A stretch of DNA of 39,381 nucleotides from Alphaproteobacteria bacterium (GTDB lineage: Bacteria > Pseudomonadota > Alphaproteobacteria > Rs-D84), in NCBI GenBank assembly GCA_031549365.1, contig JAVBPX010000011.1, positions 1 to 39,381 on the forward strand, in the 5' to 3' direction. Shown one piece after another: positions 11,057 through 19,065 of this stretch (its first letter is position 1; every line of letters begins with the position of its first letter). The notes under the pieces were generated by a model. The model ran no database searches, was not told the origin of the DNA, and saw only the letters and a list, made by a program, of their open reading frames with translations. Both the position numbers and the translations under genes were made by a program.

Positions 11057-11420
11057 CACCAGACTTAAACACAAAATCAAAGGCGTTGCGGAATTTGCAC
11101 TCGCAAATTCCCATGACACAACGGCTTCCAAAGAACCAGTATCAAAAACCAAAAAAGAAAAATAAATATAATCAACACCGGACTTAATTCAAACCAAAAG
11201 AACATTTCGAAAATTTGTTTACCAAATTTTCCGTGACAAAATGTTCTCCAAATAATCTAAACCAAAAAAAAGAATAACAAATATAATCAACACCAATCTT
11301 AAACTCAAAATCAAAGGCGTTGCGGAATTTGCACTCGCAAATTCCCGTGACACAACGCCTTCCCACTAACCAGAAAAAGCCCAAAGAATAATAAATATAA
11401 TAAACACCTGACTTAAATCA
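11057..11420. repeat. family C structured repeat, tandem array (three full units plus the 5' box of a fourth; period ~114-119 bp)
   Basis: CACC.GACTTAA-like boxes at 11057, 11176, 11291 and 11405; each full unit is P1-CG-P2-loop-P2'-CCRTGACA-P1'. Confidence 0.9.
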
Positions 11421-11446
11421 ACACAAAATAACACGGAAACAAAATC

Positions 11447-12301
11447 ATGAAAAAACAATTTATCGGAATATCATACGGACGCGGCGGATGTAAAATCCCA
11501 TCAAACACTGGCTGCGAACTTGGCCCGCGCGAAATACAAAAAATGTATCCGAATTACGATTGGACCATCATCGAACCAACCTGGCCATTTGATTTTGAAA
11601 AATTACAATCGGACCGCTTTGGCGAAAATATCAAAATGCAAAAAATAATTTATGATGCATGCGTAAACCGCGATCCAAACCATATATTTATCGGCGGCGA
11701 CCACAGCGTTAATTTCGCCCACTTTAAATCAATCCGCGATAACTTGAACAACGATGACATCTGTTTAATTTATATCGACGCCCACTTTGATATCCACACT
11801 CCGGAATCCAGTATGGCAGAGGCTTCCGGCTCACCTCATGGCACAAACGTGCGCCAACTATTGGGATTTGGCGACGAACGATATTTATCCCTCGGCAATT
11901 CCCGCGCGCCATTAAAATCTGAAAACTTATTTTTCATTGGCCCTCGTTCATACGAACCGGCGGAATTGGAATTCATAAAATCACAAAACATTTTTACAAC
12001 CGATAATTCAAAAATAAACGACCAAAATTATTTGAATGAAACAATAAAACATATACGTGAAAAAATCGGTGATAAAAAATTCGTAATATCATTTGACTTC
12101 GACGCAATCGATGAATCCGAATTTGACGCTGTCCAGGTGCCAGAACCAAACGGCCTCACCCTAAAAAACCTGGAATATTTACTGAACAATTTGATAACCG
12201 AAAATATGATTTCATGCGAATTGGTTGAATACGCCCCATTAATGTCGCGTGATGAAAAATCAAAATCCACGGTCCAAAAAATCATCAACAAATTTTTATA
12301 A
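11447..12301 (+). CDS. arginase/agmatinase (ureohydrolase) family protein
   Basis: GGDHS, IDAHFD, SGSPHG, SFDFDAID metal-binding motifs, EYAP. Confidence 0.9.
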   Translation: MKKQFIGISYGRGGCKIPSNTGCELGPREIQKMYPNYDWTIIEPTWPFDFEKLQSDRFGENIKMQKIIYDACVNRDPNHIFIGGDHSVNFAHFKSIRDNLNNDDICLIYIDAHFDIHTPESSMAEASGSPHGTNVRQLLGFGDERYLSLGNSRAPLKSENLFFIGPRSYEPAELEFIKSQNIFTTDNSKINDQNYLNETIKHIREKIGDKKFVISFDFDAIDESEFDAVQVPEPNGLTLKNLEYLLNNLITENMISCELVEYAPLMSRDEKSKSTVQKIINKFL

Positions 12302-12309
12302 AAAATATC

Positions 12310-12398
12310 CACGCCGGACGCCAGCACATCCAAAAGAACATTTCGAAAAATCATTATATGATTTTTCCGTGACAAAATGTTCTCCAAATAACTTGAAC
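12310..12398. repeat. family C structured repeat, single copy
   Basis: AGAACATTT-CG-AAAAATCAT-tat-ATGATTTTT-CCGTGACA-AAATGTTCT at 12335-12383. Confidence 0.88.
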
Positions 12399-12414
12399 AA
12401 ATCCATAAAAACAT

Positions 12415-12440
12415 AAAAATCGGCCCAATCCGGCCGAAAA
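12415..12440 (-). terminator. intrinsic terminator of the 13124-12445 two-gene operon
   Basis: TCGGCC/GGCCGA hairpin followed by a T-run on the minus strand. Confidence 0.6.
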
Positions 12441-12444
12441 CGAA

Positions 12445-12780
12445 TCATTTTTTTGAAATCCGTTTATACAATTGATCCGGGGTCCAAACGAACGGCCACC
12501 ACACACCAATTGATTTTTTTGCAAACCCGACACACGTCATCACGCTCGGCCGCACCGAACATTTGCTGCACACAGAAACAGACACCAAAACCCACCCGGC
12601 GGCAACTAATCGATCCTCGACACTGTTATCCATCTGAAACAATCTGACGCGATCCAATCCAACTTGGATGACAACATTTGAATCATAATCCAACACCATA
12701 CAGTGACGAAAATTTCGACATAAAATTTTCACCCACCAAATTGATGTTTGTTTTGAAAAAGCAATCTTAACAATTTTCAT
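12445..12780 (-). CDS. hypothetical protein with a permuted papain/NlpC-P60-like motif order (111 aa)
   Basis: Start at ATG 12780 overlapping the upstream stop (ATGA); FRHC ... TCV ... WTPDQLY pattern places His before Cys. Confidence 0.7.
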   Translation of the reverse strand: MKIVKIAFSKQTSIWWVKILCRNFRHCMVLDYDSNVVIQVGLDRVRLFQMDNSVEDRLVAAGWVLVSVSVCSKCSVRPSVMTCVGFAKKSIGVWWPFVWTPDQLYKRISKK

Positions 12781-13124
12781 GACACCCAACCTTTTATTTT
12801 TGCCCATTCGCCCAACGTCACCATTGCATCGTTCCATAATTTTGCATCACGCCTCTGCCTAAATTCGCGATCATCAGGAACGCGTTGTCGTTCTCCATAC
12901 GAAATCAAAATTGCAATTTGCTCTCGACTAATTTTTTGTGATAACACCAACTTGGTAATTAATGCTTCAACGTCCACCAATTCGCAAGGCCGAAAGCTTG
13001 AATAATCGCCTCGCCTTTGCAATCCATTTCTTACTTTTTTACAATACATAAACCATAACCATAAATCTTCGGCGGATAAAAATAACCCCTCTGATTTCAA
13101 ACATTCGTTTCCATAATAACCCAT
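12777..13124 (-). CDS. conserved alphaproteobacterial hypothetical protein (115 aa)
   Basis: Start at MGYYGNE after AGGAGAG; FxSAEDLWLWF...RPCE...YG...LW pattern recalled from Rhodospirillales hypothetical proteins. Confidence 0.7.
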   Translation of the reverse strand: MGYYGNECLKSEGLFLSAEDLWLWFMYCKKVRNGLQRRGDYSSFRPCELVDVEALITKLVLSQKISREQIAILISYGERQRVPDDREFRQRRDAKLWNDAMVTLGEWAKIKGWVS

Positions 13125-13192
13125 ATTTTTCTCTCCTTTTTTTGATTTCTGGGGTCCCTCGCCCCAATATCGCCTCAGTCTGATTTTTTTGA

Positions 13193-13236
13193 TTGAAAAA
13201 GTAAATAAATACAACTATAATTAGAAACAAGTCCTA
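13193..13236 (+). promoter_or_regulatory. sigma70-type promoter of the HTH gene with a candidate operator over the start site
   Basis: TTGAAA(13193)-N17-TATAAT(13216), directly followed by the imperfect palindrome TAGAAACAAGTCCTA. Confidence 0.55.
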
Positions 13237-13278
13237 TTAAAAACGGGACCAACAAATTCAAAAACACGGGAAAACCAC

Positions 13279-13515
13279 ATGACACACGAAGAAATATGGA
13301 AAGCCATAGAATTATTTGCCAAAGACAAAAACACATCGGTCTCTGGCCTTGCTCGATTGGGCGGCTTGGACCCAACAACCTTTAACCGTAGCAAACGCCT
13401 GACATCTGATGGACAGCAACGTTGGCCCTCAACCCAGAGCTTGGCCAAAGTACTCTCCGCGACAAAAACATCCTTGGATGAATTTGCAAAATACATTCCC
13501 GCCTCAGGCAATTAA
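13279..13515 (+). CDS. XRE/phage-repressor-like HTH protein (N-terminal domain of the alphaproteobacterial LexA-related repressor family, no S24 domain)
   Basis: IWKAIE...SGLARLGGLDPTTFNRSKR...RWPSTQSLAKVL signature; only 78 aa. Confidence 0.85.
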   Translation: MTHEEIWKAIELFAKDKNTSVSGLARLGGLDPTTFNRSKRLTSDGQQRWPSTQSLAKVLSATKTSLDEFAKYIPASGN

Positions 13516-13589
13516 AAAATTGCAATTTACGGTTAAACTACGCAATCTTCATCCCGAGCATATTTTTGCCTTTATCCAAACCATAAAAT

Positions 13590-13870
13590 TATTGTCATCC
13601 GGATCGCGCAGCCGAGAGGATCCAGTAAAACAAACGTTGCGACAGCAACTTTTTATTATCATCCCTCAGGAATCAGGTCCCCGCGTCAATCCCAACAATA
13701 TAAATAATATGTCATCCCTCGGGAATCACAACTCTGCACCAATCATTTCAATTAAAAACCATCTCGCCCCAACGGGGAGAGATAATAAAACATATGATCT
13801 TTGATCATCATGTTTTATAGAGAGGGGGAAAATAAACCATTGCAACACAATTGTCATTGCAATTAAAAAC
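13590..13870 (+). repeat. mosaic repeat cluster (family A hairpins plus a family E element at 13742-13843)
   Basis: 13742-13843 differs from 15-116 at about 3 positions; shares TTGCGACAGCAACTTTTTATT, GGATCCAGTAAAACAAACGTT and TCAGGAATCA.GTCCC.GCG modules with other clusters. Confidence 0.9.
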
Positions 13871-13919
13871 AAAATATACAAAACTTGAAAAATATCCATT
13901 TTTCTAATATACTACCCGT

Positions 13920-14276
13920 ATGACTTCATACAAAATTGGAATCACCTCTGAAACCCGCGCAAAATGGTACCTGCGCCTGCGCGGATATAAAATTTTGGAA
14001 CAACGCTATATAACCGGCCGCGGCACAAACTGTGCCGAAATTGATATAATCGCATCCCGTAAAAACACCCTTGTTTTTGTCGAAGTAAAACACCGAAAAA
14101 CCACATCCGACGCGTTACTATCAATCACCCAAACCCAACAAAGGCGTTTATTTCACGCGGCTGAAATTTACCGCGCCAAAAATAAAAAATATCAAAATTT
14201 CGATGTCAGATTCGATATAATAACCATAAATGAATCTGGAAAATTGGAACACCATAAATCCATGCTCCACCAATAA
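13920..14276 (+). CDS. yraN: YraN family (UPF0102) putative endonuclease
   Basis: GYKILEQRY, EIDIIA, LVFVEVK, RFDII. Confidence 0.92.
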   Translation: MTSYKIGITSETRAKWYLRLRGYKILEQRYITGRGTNCAEIDIIASRKNTLVFVEVKHRKTTSDALLSITQTQQRRLFHAAEIYRAKNKKYQNFDVRFDIITINESGKLEHHKSMLHQ

Positions 14277-14338
14277 TAATCTAATAAACTTGCTTCAATT
14301 ATGAAAAGACAAAAAATAATCCGAACCGCTCCAAAATT

Positions 14339-14475
14339 CAAAACGTTCAGAATTATGTGATTGTAAAGAATTCGTCCAATCTTTGATTGGTGGGTGCGTT
14401 AAGCGTATATAGACATACGTAAGTGTTTAAAAATTGGACGAACTTGTTTAGATACGCATAATTATCAACGTTTTG
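14339..14475 (+). repeat. family B ERIC/RPE-like palindromic element overlapping the topA 3' end
   Basis: Arms CAAAACGTT/AACGTTTTG, AATTATG/CATAATT, TTCGTCCAAT/ATTGGACGAA; core GCGTATATAGACATACGTAA. Confidence 0.85.
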
Positions 14476-16765
14476 TAAATTTACGTTTCTTCGCAGCACT
14501 TAATAACTCAACCGCTTCATCCAATGTCGGCTTTCCTCCGCGAACACTGGCGTTCACGCCCGCGCTCGAAACATACGGCCCAAATTTACCGGACGAATAA
14601 TATAATACAACTGCTTTTGTTTCTGGACTTGTTCCTAATTCTTCTGCTGCTGGTTTTTTCTGACCGGCAATCAATGCCAATGCTTTTTCCAACGTCATTG
14701 TTTCGGAATTCTCGCCTTTGGCGCTTGCGCGTTCGGCTGTTGGGCCATCACCTTTTTGAACATACGGACCAAAACGCCCTGTTCTAAATGTAACTGGCTC
14801 GCCGGCATCTTCACCCAATACTGCGGCTCCATTATTTGCGGCGGCCTTTTGCTCGTCTGTTCTATCATCTTTGTTGTCAATCAATTGACGGGTATGGGTA
14901 CATGTTGGATAATTCGAACACCCAATAAATCCTCCAAACTTTCCAATTTTCAAGGCCAATTTACCATCCGCACAATCTGGACATTTATTTAACAATTCGC
15001 CATTTTCATCGCGTTTAAATAAATGATCCGACAACACAGAATTCAACATATCAATAACATCAGTTGTGGTAATTTTTTGCACTGATTTAACTGTATCAAT
15101 AAACGGATCCCAAAACGCACGAACTTCTTTAATCCAATTTTTTTTACCATTTGCAATTTCGTCCAAATCGTCTTCCAATTTTGCGGTAAAATCAACCGCG
15201 ACATATCGTGGAAAATACTGAGCCAAAAATAACGCAACCACCCAACCTCGTTCTGTTGGAATAAATCTTTGCTTGTTTAAATCAACGTAATTTCGATCAA
15301 CAATCACGGACAAAATATTCGCATATGTTGACGGGCGACCGATTCCCAATTCTTCCAATTTTTTAACTAACGAAGCTTCGGTATACCTTGGCGGGGCTTG
15401 TGTAAAATGTTGTTCAGGCAAAAACGATTCCAAAGACACATCATCGCCCTCGTTTAACATCGGCAATTTTTTGTTTTCTTCGTCTTCTTTGTCATCTTGA
15501 TCTTCTTGATAAACTTTTAAAAACCCATCAAATACCTGGGTTGTACCAACGGCATGAAACAAAGTTTGCAATTCATTTTTCGGCGCAACATCAACAACAA
15601 CAGAATCAAACTGTGCTGCCGCCATCTGACAAGCAATCGTGCGCTTCCAAATCAATTCATATAATTTTTCAGCGTCGGACGAATCAACCAATCCCATAAC
15701 TGTCGAACGTCCCATTTCGGTTGGACGAATCGCTTCGTGGGCCTCTTGGGCATTTTTGGATTTATTCGCATACATAATGGGCGAATCTGGCAAATAATTT
15801 TTACCATATTGGCCGTTAACATATTCACGAATTGCGGCAATTGCTTCATTCGATAAATTCACCGCATCGGTTCGCATATATGTAATGAATCCGCGTTCAT
15901 ATAAATGTTGCGCAGCACTCATTGTACGCTTGGCTGCAAACCGTAATTTTCGCGACGCTTCCTGTTGTAATGTTGATGTTGTAAACGGCGCAACTGGACG
16001 ACGTTGTGTTTTTTTCTTTTCAACAGATATAATCGTGGCATCCATTCCATTTGATAACGTTGCCATAACCCGATCAATATCGGCCTGATTTTTTAATGTT
16101 TCTTTTTCAATTTTTTCGCCACGAAACCTTGTTAATTTTGCTACAAAGCTTTCTTTTTTTCCTGTAATACAATTTGCATCCATTGACCAATATTCAATTG
16201 GTTTAAACTGTTCAATTTCGCGTTCACGATCAACCACCAACCATAATGCTACTGATTGCACACGTCCCGCAGACTTTGCCCCAGGCAGCTTTCTCCATAA
16301 CACCGGCGACAAATTGAATCCAACCAAATAATCCAACGCACGTCTGGCCAAATAAGCATCAACCAAGTTCTGATCAATTTCACGAGGATGTTCAATCGCT
16401 TCGGTAATGGCTTTTTTTGTAATTTCGTTAAATGTAATACGTTCTACTTTTTTTCCTTTTAAATCGCCACGGGAATTTAAAATATCATATAAATGCCAAG
16501 CAATTGCCTCACCCTCACGATCCTGATCCGAAGCCAGATATAGCGTATCCGCCTTCTTTAATTCTGATTCTATTAATTTGATTTGCTTTTCTTTGTCCTT
16601 CATAATTTCCCAAGTCATTGCGAAATTATTCTCAACATCCACAGATCCCTCGGCCACTTTTAAATCACGAACATGTCCAACGGACGCAACAACTTTGAAA
16701 TCCTTTCCTAAATACTTTTCGATTGTTTTCGCCTTGGCGGGGGATTCCACAATTAATAATTTCAT
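14465..16765 (-). CDS. topA: DNA topoisomerase I
   Basis: LLIVESPAKAKTI, DQDREGE, SAGRVQS, ITYMRTD (catalytic Tyr), LGIGRPSTY, C-terminal Zn ribbon. Confidence 0.98.
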   Translation of the reverse strand: MKLLIVESPAKAKTIEKYLGKDFKVVASVGHVRDLKVAEGSVDVENNFAMTWEIMKDKEKQIKLIESELKKADTLYLASDQDREGEAIAWHLYDILNSRGDLKGKKVERITFNEITKKAITEAIEHPREIDQNLVDAYLARRALDYLVGFNLSPVLWRKLPGAKSAGRVQSVALWLVVDREREIEQFKPIEYWSMDANCITGKKESFVAKLTRFRGEKIEKETLKNQADIDRVMATLSNGMDATIISVEKKKTQRRPVAPFTTSTLQQEASRKLRFAAKRTMSAAQHLYERGFITYMRTDAVNLSNEAIAAIREYVNGQYGKNYLPDSPIMYANKSKNAQEAHEAIRPTEMGRSTVMGLVDSSDAEKLYELIWKRTIACQMAAAQFDSVVVDVAPKNELQTLFHAVGTTQVFDGFLKVYQEDQDDKEDEENKKLPMLNEGDDVSLESFLPEQHFTQAPPRYTEASLVKKLEELGIGRPSTYANILSVIVDRNYVDLNKQRFIPTERGWVVALFLAQYFPRYVAVDFTAKLEDDLDEIANGKKNWIKEVRAFWDPFIDTVKSVQKITTTDVIDMLNSVLSDHLFKRDENGELLNKCPDCADGKLALKIGKFGGFIGCSNYPTCTHTRQLIDNKDDRTDEQKAAANNGAAVLGEDAGEPVTFRTGRFGPYVQKGDGPTAERASAKGENSETMTLEKALALIAGQKKPAAEELGTSPETKAVVLYYSSGKFGPYVSSAGVNASVRGGKPTLDEAVELLSAAKKRKFTKR

Positions 16766-17157
16766 GCCACATCCTTTTTAATTTAATTGCCATTGCGATG
16801 GAAACACAGCCAGAGGATCCAGTCAAAACAACATGCTGCACTGCAACACATTATTTTAATTCCAACACAATCAACTTAATAAACACTACCCCCAATTAAA
16901 ATGATAAAAACCAAAAAAGCAACCTAAATATTTTTCACCCGACCATTATATTATATATAATATAAAAAATTTTATCCATGACACCAAACAATCCAACTGT
17001 TAATTCTAGTAATATAACTTAATCCATACATCATTTTATTTTTGTCATTGCGCGCCACATAGTGGCGCGGCAATCTTTGCATTCATTTTATTTTGTTCAA
17101 CAAAATAAAATGCCCCGACAATCGTCGGGCAATTAAATTAAAAACACCGAAAAACCA

Positions 17158-17287
17158 AATATGCCTTGGTCCAGTGTGCCGACTGGACCAAATTTTTAAT
17201 TTTTTCGGGACGATGTGTATATGAACATACATGAGTTTCGAAAAAATTAAAAACTTTCGTTCAATGCGGACCGCTGGCCGAGATACC
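17158..17287 (+). repeat. family B core nested in a CCAGT-GTGCCG-ACTGG hairpin element, abutting the engB stop
   Basis: Stem TTTTTAATTTTTTCGGGAC/GTTTCGAAAAAATTAAAAA around core GTGTATATGAACATACATGA; flanks match 29468-29506. Confidence 0.8.
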
Positions 17288-17907
17288 TATGCACTCAATG
17301 ATATAGACCCCAGCACCGCATCAATCCCACACTTCGATTCCGAACTTGTCGCCAACACATCCGGATGCATCGCAGGATGTTTTTTTGAAATTGCATGAAC
17401 GGCGGCAACTGCTTCTTGCATTTCTTTCTGACCAATTTTATCAACTTTGGTCAAAACTATTTGATAACCAACTCCGGCATCATCACATTCTTTCATCATA
17501 ATTAAATCGACATCTTTGATACCGTGACGCGAATCAATCAATAAAAATACTCGGCGCAATTGACGACGGCCAAATAAATACATATGCATACGCTCTTGCC
17601 ATTTTTGAACATCCACCTTGGATGCTTTGGCATAACCGTATCCCGGCAAATCGACCAACATAATTTGATTATCCCAATTGAAAAAATTCAGAGTCTGTGT
17701 CCGACCGGGCGTTGACGACACACGCGCTAATTTTGAAAATCCAGTAATTGCATTTAATAACGAAGACTTTCCAACATTAGACCTCCCAATAACTGCAAAT
17801 TCTGGCAAATCCACGGTTGGCAATGTATTCAAATCATCAAACGCCCCTATAAATTGTGGTAACTGCTTCATCCATAATGGCTTATCAAAACACTCTGTAA
17901 CTTTCAT
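17287..17907 (-). CDS. engB: ribosome biogenesis GTPase YihA/EngB
   Basis: GRSNVGKSSL, TPGRTQ, DLPGYGYA, LTKVDK. Confidence 0.96.
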   Translation of the reverse strand: MKVTECFDKPLWMKQLPQFIGAFDDLNTLPTVDLPEFAVIGRSNVGKSSLLNAITGFSKLARVSSTPGRTQTLNFFNWDNQIMLVDLPGYGYAKASKVDVQKWQERMHMYLFGRRQLRRVFLLIDSRHGIKDVDLIMMKECDDAGVGYQIVLTKVDKIGQKEMQEAVAAVHAISKKHPAMHPDVLATSSESKCGIDAVLGSISLSA

Positions 17908-18041
17908 CCTAATCCTCTTTTATTTAATCTTTCTAAATTATTCTACACCAAGCTTTATAAACTCAAAAGAAAATTTTCTCTAAACAACCTAAATCAACCC
18001 CTATTAATTTAACTCAACACGCCTACTATCTATTCCGACAC

Positions 18042-18167
18042 AAATCGCGTCAGAATACGATGATTATAAAGAATTTTTAAATTTTTTGGCCCGCGGTTTA
18101 TATGAACATAAATAAGGGTCGAAAAATTTAAAAACTTGTTCATAGGCGCGTATTATCACGCGATTTA
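18042..18167 (+). repeat. family B element ending in the rsmI stop codon
   Basis: Arms AAATCGCGT/ACGCGATTT, AATACG/CGTATT, TTTTTAAATTTTTTGGCC/GGTCGAAAAATTTAAAAA; core TTTATATGAACATAAATAA. Confidence 0.88.
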
Positions 18168-19013
18168 CCCCTGTTTCTCTCTCAACACTAAATCATACGC
18201 CTCATTTTTGCTGACTCTCGCCCTCTCGGCAATTATCACCGCCGCATCCTTGGACGTGGTCGCGCTTGAAATAACATCCTGAACAATTTCGCGAATTTCT
18301 TCATCGCTTAATTTGATATCTGCGGCTGGCTCAATCACCAAAACAATTTCACCGCGTGGCCAACCATCGCGTGAATACGAATGAATTAACCCAGCAGGTA
18401 AATCAATTTTTGTTTCTTCGTATAATTTTGTAATTTCTCGAACAACTGCAACTTTTCTCTCGGGACAAATTACAGCCATGTCGCGTAATGAATCTTCCAA
18501 TCTGTTTGGCGATTCGTAAAAAACTATCGTACCAGGAATCCTCAAAACATCACGCAATGCTTTGGCCCGAGCCATACTTTTTTCTGGCAAAAAACCGCCG
18601 AAATAAAATTTATCTGTCGGAAATCCGGACAAACATAACGCTGAAATAACCGCGGTCGGACCTGGAATAACGGTAATATATAAATCCGCTTCACGCGCTG
18701 CACGCACCAACCGAAACCCAGGATCCGAAATCATCGGCATCCCAGAATCCGAAACAACGGCCACCGCCTCACCATTTTGAACCCGTTCAATAATTTTTGG
18801 AAATACTTCGCGCTCGTTATGATCATGCATTGAAATCCGTTGGGTATTAATGTCAAAGCGTTGTGCTAAAACACCTGTAACACGGGTATCCTCACACGCA
18901 ATAACGTCGCATGACTTTAAAATTTCGACTGCGCGTGGCGACAAATCGGATAAATTCCCAATGGGTGTCCCAACAATATAAATTCCAGCCTTTAAAATCC
19001 CTTGCATTTTCAT
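18165..19013 (-). CDS. rsmI: 16S rRNA C1402 2'-O-methyltransferase
   Basis: GTPIGNLSD, ACEDTR, SDSGMPMISDPG, FYESPNR, REITKLYEE; start 19013 or 19007. Confidence 0.96.
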   Translation of the reverse strand: MKMQGILKAGIYIVGTPIGNLSDLSPRAVEILKSCDVIACEDTRVTGVLAQRFDINTQRISMHDHNEREVFPKIIERVQNGEAVAVVSDSGMPMISDPGFRLVRAAREADLYITVIPGPTAVISALCLSGFPTDKFYFGGFLPEKSMARAKALRDVLRIPGTIVFYESPNRLEDSLRDMAVICPERKVAVVREITKLYEETKIDLPAGLIHSYSRDGWPRGEIVLVIEPAADIKLSDEEIREIVQDVISSATTSKDAAVIIAERARVSKNEAYDLVLREKQG

Positions 19014-19065
19014 CTCTTTTTTATACACTATACTGGATATTATATCATATTGGGGGAAAAACAAC

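Noticed and set aside
11057-11420. CRISPR array
   Set aside because: Period ~116 bp, repeats are not identical, units 1 and 3 share their variable part, and there are no cas genes.
11057-12398. Canonical integron attC sites, or known riboswitch/ribozyme (ykkC, ZTP, hatchet, pistol)
   Set aside because: No RYYYAAC...GTTRRRY ends; only short word matches (CACGG, GTGACA, TTAAG) without the required architecture. An Rfam search is still needed.
13409-13804. 131-aa ORF and other ORFs over repeat DNA (10955, 11184, 22420, 22473, 24128)
   Set aside because: They run through repeat mosaics or overlap real genes, with no RBS or recognisable motif.
16945-16966. dif site or operator in TTATATTATATATAATATAA
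   Set aside because: Pure AT palindrome lacking the XerD arm TTATGTTAAAT, with no skew switch nearby.
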